Shown in pieces: positions 55,366 to 64,000 of a stretch of DNA of 64,000 nt. Position numbers and translations under genes: made by a program. Source of the stretch: Elusimicrobia bacterium RIFOXYD2_FULL_34_15 (GTDB lineage: Bacteria > Elusimicrobiota > UBA8919). The stretch's first letter is position 1. Each line of letters opens with the position of its first letter. The stretch spans positions 14,028-78,027 of the forward strand of contig MGVS01000068.1 in assembly GCA_001800605.1 (NCBI GenBank), in the 5' to 3' direction. Below the pieces are notes generated by a model. That model ran no database searches, had not been told where the DNA came from, and worked only from the letters and a program-made list of their open reading frames with translations.

Positions 55366-56814
55366 ATGTTAAATGTTTTACTAATCAGTGCTCCGTATGT
55401 TGATTTATATGGACCCATTAAGTCCGCAGCCGGGAGGTATTTTCCTTTAGGCTTGGGATATATCGCATCTTTCCTTAAAAAAAACGGGTACTCAGTATCT
55501 CTTTACGAACCTGAAGCTCAAAAATTAAACATAGAAGAAATAAGTAAAATCTTCGCCGAAAAGAAACCTGACATAGTCGGTATCGGCAGTGCAACACCCA
55601 ATTTTTACAACGCCGTTGAACTGGCAAAACTAGCTAAAAAAACCTGCAATTGCAAGGTAATACTCGGAGGTATTCACGCGAGCGCTATTCCAGAATTCAT
55701 CATTGAAAAATATCATACTTGCTTTGACTATTTAGTTGTCGGTGAAGGTGAATACACAATGCTGGAACTCTTAAAATGCCTGGAAAATAAACAAATGCCT
55801 GATAGTGTTCCCGGCCTATGTTTTTGGCATGAAAATAAGGTTAATTTAACTCCATGCCGTCCATTCATCATGGATTTAGATAGTTTGCCTTATCCTGCCA
55901 GGGATATGATACCGCAAGAACTGTTTTATCCAAATTTACACAACGCAAGATACAGCAAGTGTTTTACTATACTTACCAGCAGAGGATGTCCTTTTAATTG
56001 TTCTTTTTGTGCTTCCGGATTAACTTTAGGTAAAAAATACAGGGTTAACAGTGCAGAATATGTGCTTGGTGAAATGTCTATGTTAAAAGAACAGTACGGG
56101 GCCAGGCAACTACTAATTACAGATGATACTTTCACTATCAATAAAAATAGATTACTTGAAATATGCGAAGGTATGATAAAAAAGAAACTGAACCTGGAAT
56201 GGTTTTGTTTTTCTCAGATAACTGCTGTAGATGAAGAAACCTTAAAACTAATGAAACGTGCGGGTTGCTATAATATAGGTTTCGGTATAGAATCGGCATC
56301 TCCGAGAATTTTGAAAATAATGGGCAAGCCGTATTCTCCGCAACAATGCAAAACTGTTATTGACGCCGCTAACCGTTTGGGAATGAAAACGCAGGCGTTT
56401 TTTGTTTTCGGCGAACCGGAAGAAACCATAGAAGAAATTAACAGTACGGTTAATTTTGCTATCGATATTAATCCGACATTATCATTTTTCAATATGCTGG
56501 TTCCGTATCCCGGCACAAAAGATTTCCAATATTTTTTCAAAGATATACCGCTGGATCAGATTGACTGGAAAAACTTTGTTGCTATAGGAACTAAATCCGT
56601 TATCAATAAAAATAGCAATTTAGATTTGGAAAAAATAGTCTTTAACGCCAATTTAAAATTTTATATGAGACCGCGCCAATTATTACATATCATATCAAAA
56701 ATTAAAACTTTTCATGAACTCTATTCGTATATTAAAGGCGGCTTAGGACTGCTCGCACAAATGATAACTTGGAAAACAGAAACCCGGCAAACAGATGAAA
56801 ATACTCTTAATTAA
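55366..56814 (+). CDS. B12-binding radical SAM enzyme 7
   Basis: FPLGLGYIAS, GGIHAS, GEGE; TSRGCPFNCSFC; TDDTF; FGIESAS; PYPGT. Confidence 0.92.
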   Translation: MLNVLLISAPYVDLYGPIKSAAGRYFPLGLGYIASFLKKNGYSVSLYEPEAQKLNIEEISKIFAEKKPDIVGIGSATPNFYNAVELAKLAKKTCNCKVILGGIHASAIPEFIIEKYHTCFDYLVVGEGEYTMLELLKCLENKQMPDSVPGLCFWHENKVNLTPCRPFIMDLDSLPYPARDMIPQELFYPNLHNARYSKCFTILTSRGCPFNCSFCASGLTLGKKYRVNSAEYVLGEMSMLKEQYGARQLLITDDTFTINKNRLLEICEGMIKKKLNLEWFCFSQITAVDEETLKLMKRAGCYNIGFGIESASPRILKIMGKPYSPQQCKTVIDAANRLGMKTQAFFVFGEPEETIEEINSTVNFAIDINPTLSFFNMLVPYPGTKDFQYFFKDIPLDQIDWKNFVAIGTKSVINKNSNLDLEKIVFNANLKFYMRPRQLLHIISKIKTFHELYSYIKGGLGLLAQMITWKTETRQTDENTLN

Positions 56815-58216
56815 TCCGCCAAACACAAACATGATTTTAACGCATTTACCTTCATATATCGATGAAGAATCCGGTATTTTTCCGCCATTGGGATTGATGT
56901 ATCTTGCCTCGTCTTTATCAAATAAGACCGGCATAAATGTTGAAATTCTGGATGCACTTTTAAATAAAATAAGCCTAAATAATATAGCAAATAAAATTAC
57001 AAATTATTTGCCGGACTTAGTAGGAATAACCGCGACTTCTTTCACGCTTATAGATGCTTTACTTATTGCCAAAACAGTAAAAGAAGTCAATCAAAATATA
57101 CATGTCACTATGGGCGGACCTCATGTAAGTATTTATCCTAATGAGACACTTTTGCAGAAAGATGTTGATTCTGTAGTCATCGGAGAGGGGGAAAAGACAT
57201 TCTCCGATTTAGTCAATAATTTAAACGAAGGAAAAAATCTTGAAGGAATTCCGGGATTAGCATTTAAAAATAAACAGGGACAAATAATAAATAACGGATA
57301 CAGGGATTTTATTGAAAATTTAGATGAGATTCCTTTACCCGACCGGAATCTTACTCCGTATAAAGAATATTATTCCATACTCGGAGAAAAACATCCTATT
57401 ACTACAATCATCACAAGCCGAGGCTGTCCGTTTAGATGCTCTTTTTGCTATCATTTCCTGGGTAAAAAATGGAGAACACGCTCTGCTAAAAACGTAATTG
57501 AAGAATTAGAGTCTTGCGTAAATATAGGAATTAGAGAATTCTGGTTTTTTGATGAAACATTTACAATTGATAAAAAAAGAGTCCTGGACATATGTGACGG
57601 TATAATCTCAAAAAAATTAAATATAAAATGGAATATCCGTAGCAGGGTAGATACAATCGATAAAAACATGATGGAGAGATTAAAACTGGCCGGCTGCGAA
57701 AAAATCTCATTTGGCATAGAATCGGCATTATCCAAGACTTTAAAAGTATTGCAGAAAGAAATAAATCCTGATAAATCCAAAGAAATTGTTTTACTGGCGA
57801 AATCATTAGGATTCGAAACTTCCACAGATTTTATGATAGGTTCCCCGGGAGAAACACGTGAAGACATTTTAGAAACAATATCTTTTTCATTAAAATTAGA
57901 CCCGGATTATGCCACATTTTCCATAACCACGCCTTTTCCTTGTACACAACTTTATAATTCATTGCTTGAAAATAAATTTTTTGACCGTGATTATTGGAAA
58001 GATTTCAGCATTTCACCAAGTAAAGATTTTATACCTAACCTTTGTAATGAATATTTATCCAGGGAAGAATTAGCTCATTTGCAGAATTATGCTTATAAAA
58101 AATTCTATCTGCGCCCGAAATATATTTTAAAGAAAATGTTAAAGCTAAAATCACCGATTGATTTTCTCAGAAAAGCAAAGGTTTCGCTAAGAATGCTTGC
58201 AAGCCGGGAAAAATGA
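56795..58216 (+). CDS. B12-binding radical SAM enzyme 8
   Basis: PPLGLMYLAS, GGPHVS, GEGE; TSRGCPFRCSFC; FDETF; FGIESA; FMIGSPGET. Confidence 0.92.
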   Translation: MKILLINPPNTNMILTHLPSYIDEESGIFPPLGLMYLASSLSNKTGINVEILDALLNKISLNNIANKITNYLPDLVGITATSFTLIDALLIAKTVKEVNQNIHVTMGGPHVSIYPNETLLQKDVDSVVIGEGEKTFSDLVNNLNEGKNLEGIPGLAFKNKQGQIINNGYRDFIENLDEIPLPDRNLTPYKEYYSILGEKHPITTIITSRGCPFRCSFCYHFLGKKWRTRSAKNVIEELESCVNIGIREFWFFDETFTIDKKRVLDICDGIISKKLNIKWNIRSRVDTIDKNMMERLKLAGCEKISFGIESALSKTLKVLQKEINPDKSKEIVLLAKSLGFETSTDFMIGSPGETREDILETISFSLKLDPDYATFSITTPFPCTQLYNSLLENKFFDRDYWKDFSISPSKDFIPNLCNEYLSREELAHLQNYAYKKFYLRPKYILKKMLKLKSPIDFLRKAKVSLRMLASREK

Positions 58217-59790
58217 AGAAAACCATAATTTTATTAGTTATTCTTATCGCAAGTGCCGTCATACGGTTAACAGGAATCCAATGGGGACTGCCAAATAAGT
58301 TTCATACCGTAACATATCATCCCGATGAAAATACTCATCTTGTAAAACTTCAGGCAATGAATCCTTCAAAATTAAATTTTAACCCGGTTAGCGAAAGAGA
58401 CCCTTATGCTTTAGGAGAAGGTACTTTTTTCCTTTATCAATACGCTGCTACTTTAAAAATTTTGTCTTTTATTAAATATATTAAAATTGTAAACAATGAA
58501 GAATATTATTTCAATAATATCAATGAATGGAGAAAATTCTTTTTAGTCGGCCGTTTACTTTCAGTTATTTACGGGGTTTTAACCATTTTGGTTACTTTTA
58601 TAGTCGCAAAAAAAATGTACGGATTCAGAACCGGTATTCTTGCGGCGCTTTTTTTAGGTCTTGCACCGGTCCACGTAACCTATTCACAGTACCTGTTAAT
58701 GAATGTACCGGGAGTTCTCTGGATTGTCCTTGCTTTTGTTTTCTTTAAAAATATTTTAGATTCCGGAAAACAAAAAGATTATATTTTAGCCGGGGTATGC
58801 ATCGGTTTTGCGATTTCAACACGGTACTCTGCAGGGCCTTTATTATTAGTATTAATTGTCACACACTTTCTACGCAAAGAAATAAAAGAATTAAAAAAAC
58901 TGGTTTTCGGCCTGACAGCAATGGTTTTTTCTTTTTTAATCGGCACTCCTTATGCAATTCTCGATTATCCTAATTTTATAAAAGGGATAAAATCGCCGAT
59001 AGCTGTAGCAGGCATATCTTCCGCTAATTATTCGATTTTACCGCTGTATGGAAGTTTTTTGGAAAGCTTTGGAATATTTTTACTTATTTTATGCCTGATA
59101 GGTATTTTATATGCAATAATAAAAAGAAAATCAGAAGATTATATTATTCTTACATGGATTTTTATTTTACTTTTCTTTTTTATAAGAGCAGGAGTAAACG
59201 CTTTTCCAGGTAGAATACTGCCAATTGTTCCTTTTTTAATAATTCTGGGGGCAAATCTAACAAATAATATATGGAATAAAAAAGCTGTTTTAGGTCTGTT
59301 TATGACTATATTAATTCTTCTTACTATTTTACCTTTTTCGCTTGCCTTGTTAAAATTAAGAACCGAACCCGATTTAAGGGATGTTTCTTCCGAATGGATA
59401 GAAAATAATATCACTGCGGGCTCAAGCATCGGACTGCTCCGCGAACCGTCGTGGTTTTCACCTGGTATAGTTGATAGAAAATACCGGCATCCGGAGTATT
59501 TAAACTTGCCTAATTATAAGTTTATACTATTAAACGGAGATTTACCTTCTTATCCCGGATATATCAAACTTAAAAAAAATTTACCTGATTACTTAATAAT
59601 AAGTGATGTTGAAATTAATTTGCTAAATGAACCTGGATTCCTAAATAAACTAAAAGAAAAATATCACTATGAAAATATCGAAAATTTTGATAAAAGTTTC
59701 AGTATTTTCAATATACGAGTAAACCGGCAAATACCCGAGATGATTCGCGTACCGAACTACATATCAATCTTCAAGAAAAACAAATCTTAA
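58213..59790 (+). CDS. ArnT/PMT-like (GT39/GT83) GT-C membrane glycosyltransferase
   Basis: R..GI.WGLP, HPDE acidic loop, GRLLS...G, polytopic TM region, GTPY..LD. Confidence 0.82.
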   Translation: MKKTIILLVILIASAVIRLTGIQWGLPNKFHTVTYHPDENTHLVKLQAMNPSKLNFNPVSERDPYALGEGTFFLYQYAATLKILSFIKYIKIVNNEEYYFNNINEWRKFFLVGRLLSVIYGVLTILVTFIVAKKMYGFRTGILAALFLGLAPVHVTYSQYLLMNVPGVLWIVLAFVFFKNILDSGKQKDYILAGVCIGFAISTRYSAGPLLLVLIVTHFLRKEIKELKKLVFGLTAMVFSFLIGTPYAILDYPNFIKGIKSPIAVAGISSANYSILPLYGSFLESFGIFLLILCLIGILYAIIKRKSEDYIILTWIFILLFFFIRAGVNAFPGRILPIVPFLIILGANLTNNIWNKKAVLGLFMTILILLTILPFSLALLKLRTEPDLRDVSSEWIENNITAGSSIGLLREPSWFSPGIVDRKYRHPEYLNLPNYKFILLNGDLPSYPGYIKLKKNLPDYLIISDVEINLLNEPGFLNKLKEKYHYENIENFDKSFSIFNIRVNRQIPEMIRVPNYISIFKKNKS

Positions 59791-59831
59791 ACATTCCTCC
59801 TTTTAGAAGCATTTTCAGTCATTAAAATTGC

Positions 59832-59860
59832 TTGAATTAAATCGAAATAAAATATATAAT
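59832..59860 (+). promoter_or_regulatory. sigma70-type promoter for the 59872 onward block
   Basis: TTGAAT (59832-59837) - 17 bp - TATAAT (59855-59860); AT-rich context lowers specificity. Confidence 0.55.
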
Positions 59861-59871
59861 AATATAAATAT

Positions 59872-60861
59872 ATGCAAAATAAAAAAATTACAATCGGACT
59901 GATTGGTTTTGGATATTGGGGTCCTATTTTATTACGGAATTTTCATAATAATGAAAATTTTGAGGTTCTAAAAGTTTGTGATCATAATTCCGAAAAACTT
60001 TCAAATGTTGTTGATATTTCTAAAAACATTAAAACCTGCCTTGATTACAAAGATATACTTAAAGATAAAGAAATTGATACCGTTGTTATTGATACACAGG
60101 CACGCTCACATTATAGCCTGATTCGGGAAGCTTTAATAAATAACAAAAATATTTTTGTAGAAAAACCTTTTACGTTAAGTTCAAAAGAAGCTTTGGATAT
60201 TATTAAACTGAACCAAAAGAAAAAAAAGATAATAATGGTAGATCATTCATATTTATTCACTCCACAATACAGAATATTAAAAAAATTAATTAAAAACAAA
60301 TATTTAGGCAACATTCTGCATTTTCACTCAACCAGGGCTGATTTCGGGTTATTTCAAAAAGATACCAATATATTATGGCATCTTTTATATCATGATGCTT
60401 ATATCTTGCTGGATCTTTTTGGAAAACAAAAAATAACGAATATTAAAACGAGCGGTTTTTCACATATAGTAGATAAAGTTGCGGATACGGCATATACTTC
60501 ATTTCAATACGATTCCGGATTTAGCGCTGAAGTTTTAGTTAATATGCTATTCCCTGTGAAGGAGAGAAAAATAGTTATTACAGGAACTAAAAGAATTCTT
60601 TACTGGGATGATACCGCAGCAGATAAATTGAAAATTTACAATAAATCTGCCGTTTTCGATACAAAAAGCAAAACTTTCAAATATAAACTTGAAAAAGATT
60701 TTGAGACAGTCGCAGTTCCTAAGGCAGAAGCGATAAAAACAGAAGTTGAATATTTTTCTAATTGTTTAAAGAATAAAATAACTCCCGCAAATGATGAAAA
60801 CTCAGCTTACAGTGTAGTTAAATTAATAGAAAAGCTGGAATCTTCAGTGCATAAGAATTAG
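59872..60861 (+). CDS. Gfo/Idh/MocA-family oxidoreductase
   Basis: IGFGYWG Rossmann motif, FVEKP, MVDHSY, L.YHD. Confidence 0.88.
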   Translation: MQNKKITIGLIGFGYWGPILLRNFHNNENFEVLKVCDHNSEKLSNVVDISKNIKTCLDYKDILKDKEIDTVVIDTQARSHYSLIREALINNKNIFVEKPFTLSSKEALDIIKLNQKKKKIIMVDHSYLFTPQYRILKKLIKNKYLGNILHFHSTRADFGLFQKDTNILWHLLYHDAYILLDLFGKQKITNIKTSGFSHIVDKVADTAYTSFQYDSGFSAEVLVNMLFPVKERKIVITGTKRILYWDDTAADKLKIYNKSAVFDTKSKTFKYKLEKDFETVAVPKAEAIKTEVEYFSNCLKNKITPANDENSAYSVVKLIEKLESSVHKN

Positions 60862-60873
60862 TCCGGTTAAAAT

Positions 60874-61620
60874 ATGAAAAATTTAAGTTTGGAAATAACT
60901 ATTCCTGTACTCAACGAAGAAAAAAGGCTGGAATACGGCTTGTCTACAACAATAGAATTTCTTCAGAAAAATAACATATCTAATTATAAAATTGTTATAG
61001 CAGATAACGGTTCGAAAGACAGAACCGAAGAAATAGCAACATTGCTTGAAAAAAAATATCCCCAGGTACGTTATATTAAAGTTGGGCAAAAAGGGGTTGG
61101 TTTAGCATTAAAAAAATCATGGAATGCTTCAAATGCCGACATCATTGGATATATGGACGTTGATCTGGCTACTGATCTTACCCATCTATTAGATGTAATT
61201 AGTAAGATGCAAAATGATGAAATAGATATAGTAAACGGTTCAAGAATACTGCCTGGTTCTAAAGTCATTAATAGGTCAGCATTGAGAGAAACCACTTCCA
61301 GAGGATTTAATTTTATTTTGAAAGCTATTCTTAACGTTAATTTTTCAGACGGTATGTGCGGTTTTAAATTTATAAAAAGAACTGCATTTAACAAATTGAT
61401 GAAAGCCGGTATTGATAATAATGACTGGTTTTTTTGTACCGAAATGCTTATTAAAGCTGAATGGTCAGGATTGAATATTTATGAACTTCCGGTTCAATGG
61501 AAAGATGACGGGGATTCAAGGGTTGATATTTCAAAAACTATTTACAAATACATGAAAGAAATATTTAAGTTGAGATTTAGTAAAAACTTATGGCTAAAGA
61601 AAACTACTTCGATTTCGTAA
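60874..61620 (+). CDS. GT2, dolichyl/polyprenyl-phosphate glucosyltransferase-like
   Basis: IPVLNEE, DNGS.D.T, YMDVDLATD, GSR, D.MCGFK, WFF.TE, ELPVQW. Confidence 0.88.
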   Translation: MKNLSLEITIPVLNEEKRLEYGLSTTIEFLQKNNISNYKIVIADNGSKDRTEEIATLLEKKYPQVRYIKVGQKGVGLALKKSWNASNADIIGYMDVDLATDLTHLLDVISKMQNDEIDIVNGSRILPGSKVINRSALRETTSRGFNFILKAILNVNFSDGMCGFKFIKRTAFNKLMKAGIDNNDWFFCTEMLIKAEWSGLNIYELPVQWKDDGDSRVDISKTIYKYMKEIFKLRFSKNLWLKKTTSIS

Positions 61621-62723
61621 TTTTTGGAGCAGGCATTTACGGATTTTATGCTTCTTATTTATTAGCTAAGAAAAATCTTAATGTTGCTTTAATTGAATGC
61701 GATAACGAAGTCTTTAAAAGAGCGTCGGATATAAATCAGAGACGGGTTCATAAAGGATATCATTACTTGCGAAGTGTAAGTACTGCTAAGACATCTTCAA
61801 AGTATTTCAACCGATTCTGTGAAGAATTTAAACCCGCCATTCACTCTTCATTTAAAAAAATTTATGCGGTATCCAACAGGAATTCTTATACATCACACAG
61901 GCAATTTTTGAAATTTTGCGAATTTTGTGAAATTCCTGTTTTAGAAGTGAATCCGTCTATCTATTTCAATCCGGGTACAATTGAGGGTGCTTATGAAACG
62001 GAAGAATACGCTTTTGATTCGGAAATAATAAAAGACGTGCTTGTTCAGAAGGTTAACAATTTTGACAACTTTAAATTATTTTTAAATAAGCGGGTTGTTA
62101 AAACTGAAAAAGATAACGAATTTTATTATTTGACTTTTGAAGACGGTTCACGTATTAAAACAAAAGGCGTCTTTAACTGTACTTATGCCAGCGTAAATCA
62201 GATCTTAAGCTTATTTGGCTTTGAATTATTTGATTTGAAATATGAGATTTGCGAAGTGATTTTATGCAGTGTAAACCAGCAGCTTAAAAATATAGGGATA
62301 ACGGTAATGGACGGCCCTTTTTTTTCGACCATGCCTTATGGAAAGAGCGGTTATCATTCCCTTACAGCCGTTGAATTTACTCCGCATAATACATCTTATA
62401 ACCGCTTGCCTGTTTTTAAATGCCAGAAGGTTAATACATCCTGCACAGCAAATGTTTTGCAAAATTGTAATACTTGTAAAACTAGGCCCAAAGAATCATA
62501 CGTTTATATGAGACAATTAGCATACAAATATCTTAAACCGGCATATGAACTCAATTTTAAAGAATCACTTTTTTCAATTAAGCCAATTATGATGGCATCT
62601 GAAATAGACGATTCCCGTCCTACTGTTATAAAAAAATATAATGAAAGTCCTTTATTTATTTCTGTATTATCAGGTAAAATTAATACAATTTATGAATTGG
62701 AGGAGATAATCAATGCAATATAA
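61590..62723 (+). CDS. FAD-dependent oxidoreductase (DAO-like)
   Basis: FGAGIYG dinucleotide motif, AS..NQ.R.H.GYHY.RS, TVMDGPF, SGKI. Confidence 0.82.
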   Translation: MAKENYFDFVIFGAGIYGFYASYLLAKKNLNVALIECDNEVFKRASDINQRRVHKGYHYLRSVSTAKTSSKYFNRFCEEFKPAIHSSFKKIYAVSNRNSYTSHRQFLKFCEFCEIPVLEVNPSIYFNPGTIEGAYETEEYAFDSEIIKDVLVQKVNNFDNFKLFLNKRVVKTEKDNEFYYLTFEDGSRIKTKGVFNCTYASVNQILSLFGFELFDLKYEICEVILCSVNQQLKNIGITVMDGPFFSTMPYGKSGYHSLTAVEFTPHNTSYNRLPVFKCQKVNTSCTANVLQNCNTCKTRPKESYVYMRQLAYKYLKPAYELNFKESLFSIKPIMMASEIDDSRPTVIKKYNESPLFISVLSGKINTIYELEEIINAI

Positions 62724-63645
62724 AGAAAAACCTTTTGTTTCAATCGTGGTTTATTTACACAATTCTTCAAAAGAAATAGAAACTTTTATCAAAAATATTA
62801 ATCAGGTTATTTCATCTAAATTTGAAAATTATGAATATATACTTGTTGATGATTTTTCGCAAGACGGAACATACGAAAAAGCGGTTGAAGTTACTAAATT
62901 GATGAAAATCAAGGTATCCATCATCCGGCTTGCCCGCAAACATAATAAAGAACTTGCACTGCTTGCCGGCGCAGATAAATCTGTAGGCGATTACATCTTT
63001 GAATTCGAGACTCCGACCATTGATTATCCCTTGGAGTTGATTAATGAAATGTACGACAGAACCAAAAAGGGTTATGATGTTGTTACCCTTGAACCGACAA
63101 AAAGGGCATTTTTTACAAAAGTATTTTACTTTCTATTCAACAAATTTTCCTATATTGACTCTGATGTATATTCTGAACGGATTATTTTTTATAGCAGGCG
63201 CGCTATGAATTCCATATTAAATATAAACGAGAAAATCCGCAACAGAAAAGCACTTTTATTTTTAACAGGTTTCATGAAAACAAATATTAGATTTAAACCA
63301 GTAAATAATGATTATAAAGATACAAGAAAGTTCTTTGAGAAGGTTCAAATAGCAGTTGAGTTTCTTGTTTCTTATTCAAGTATAGGAACAAAACTTCCGA
63401 TTTTTCTTTCAATTGTATTTATTCTGTTTTCGATTTGTGCTTCACTGTTCGCCGTATATATCAGGTTTTTTAAGGCAGGGATCGTAAGCGGCTGGGCAAG
63501 CATGATAATTTTTCTTTCTATCTCTTTTGCCGGTCTGTTTTTTATATTGGGAATACTAAGTGAATATATTTCAAAGATATTAAAAGAAAGTATCAATATT
63601 CCTTTATATACAATTCAAAAAATGTATTCCGGCAATGACATTTAA
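62713..63645 (+). CDS. GtrB/ArnC-like GT2 with two C-terminal TM helices
   Basis: YILVDDFSQDGT, LAG.D..GDY, KGYDVV, SGWAS, LGILSEYI; DxD region degenerate. Confidence 0.78.
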   Translation: MQYKEKPFVSIVVYLHNSSKEIETFIKNINQVISSKFENYEYILVDDFSQDGTYEKAVEVTKLMKIKVSIIRLARKHNKELALLAGADKSVGDYIFEFETPTIDYPLELINEMYDRTKKGYDVVTLEPTKRAFFTKVFYFLFNKFSYIDSDVYSERIIFYSRRAMNSILNINEKIRNRKALLFLTGFMKTNIRFKPVNNDYKDTRKFFEKVQIAVEFLVSYSSIGTKLPIFLSIVFILFSICASLFAVYIRFFKAGIVSGWASMIIFLSISFAGLFFILGILSEYISKILKESINIPLYTIQKMYSGNDI

Positions 63646-63669
63646 TCCTATCAGTATTTAAAATTAATT

Positions 63670-64000
63670 ATGGATGTTCTGTTAGTTCAACCGGTAAAAA
63701 ATAAAAATCATACAATAAATCTAACACCTCCTTTGGGATTGGGATATTTAGCTTCTTCTATAAGAAAGCAGCACAATGTAAGAATTTTAGATTGTGTAAA
63801 AGAAGGGCTTGATCTTGACAGTTTTAGAGATTATGTGCAAAAAAATCCGACTGATGTTATAGGTTTTAATGTATATTCCTGTGATATTGAAAATGTAAAA
63901 AAAAGCATCGAGATAGTTAATGAGATAAATCCCGATATAATAACTCTTGCCGGCGGGCCGCATCCGTCCGGTGATCCGGAAGAGACGATGCTTTACTTAG
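63670..64000 (+). CDS. B12-binding radical SAM enzyme 9 (N-terminal part, runs off right edge)
   Basis: MDVLLVQP...PPLGLGYLAS...ILD...AGGPHPS; absent from the ORF track because there is no stop in the window. Confidence 0.8.
   Translation, partial: MDVLLVQPVKNKNHTINLTPPLGLGYLASSIRKQHNVRILDCVKEGLDLDSFRDYVQKNPTDVIGFNVYSCDIENVKKSIEIVNEINPDIITLAGGPHPSGDPEETMLYL

Noticed and set aside
15050..58216. RiPP cluster (many radical SAM enzymes, SPASM, AsnB as lasso cyclase)
   Set aside because: No precursor peptide, RRE, peptidase or peptide exporter was seen. AsnB keeps the full N-terminal Cys glutaminase domain, and the context is glycan synthesis.
381..63596. Numerous short minus-strand and off-frame ORFs in the ORF track (60-179 aa)
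   Set aside because: Nearly all lie within well-supported + strand genes and show no recognisable motifs; treated as shadow ORFs.

Overview
This is an AT-rich bacterial window with all convincing protein genes on the + strand. The host is a diderm (secretin, beta-barrel); gene style suggests an uncultured lineage such as Elusimicrobiota, but that is inference only. 0.26-6.3 kb: type IV pilus assembly operon pilMNOPQ plus an outer-membrane barrel and a TPR protein. 6.3-64 kb: a very large surface-glycan/glycoconjugate locus that continues past the right edge. It has 2 O-antigen-ligase/oligosaccharyltransferase-like proteins, 3 other GT-C-fold membrane transferases, 4 GT2s, GT4s, a MurJ-type flippase and an AsnB amidotransferase. 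It also has an unusual nucleotide-sugar module (HddA-like kinase, 7 extended SDRs, split ThDP alpha/beta enzyme, PfpI, UxaA, HAD, Nudix) and 11 radical SAM enzymes (9 B12-binding including one partial, 1 HemN-like, 1 SPASM/Twitch). A ~4.7 kb accessory islet (orphan hsdM, DUF3800, truncated HATPase/HTH gene, pRiA4b ORF3, radC) is inserted between two ~110-bp structured direct repeats. Highlights: (i) a ~90-nt cloverleaf ncRNA with its own promoter and U-tract, antisense to and overlapping the 3' end of the DUF3800 gene; (ii) the radical-SAM-rich glycan pathway, in which five Fcl-like SDRs all lack the catalytic Tyr; (iii) intergenic spaces filled with nested REP/MITE-like palindromes. No CRISPR array, rRNA or canonical tRNA was recognised. 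All calls are by eye from motifs; no database searches were run.
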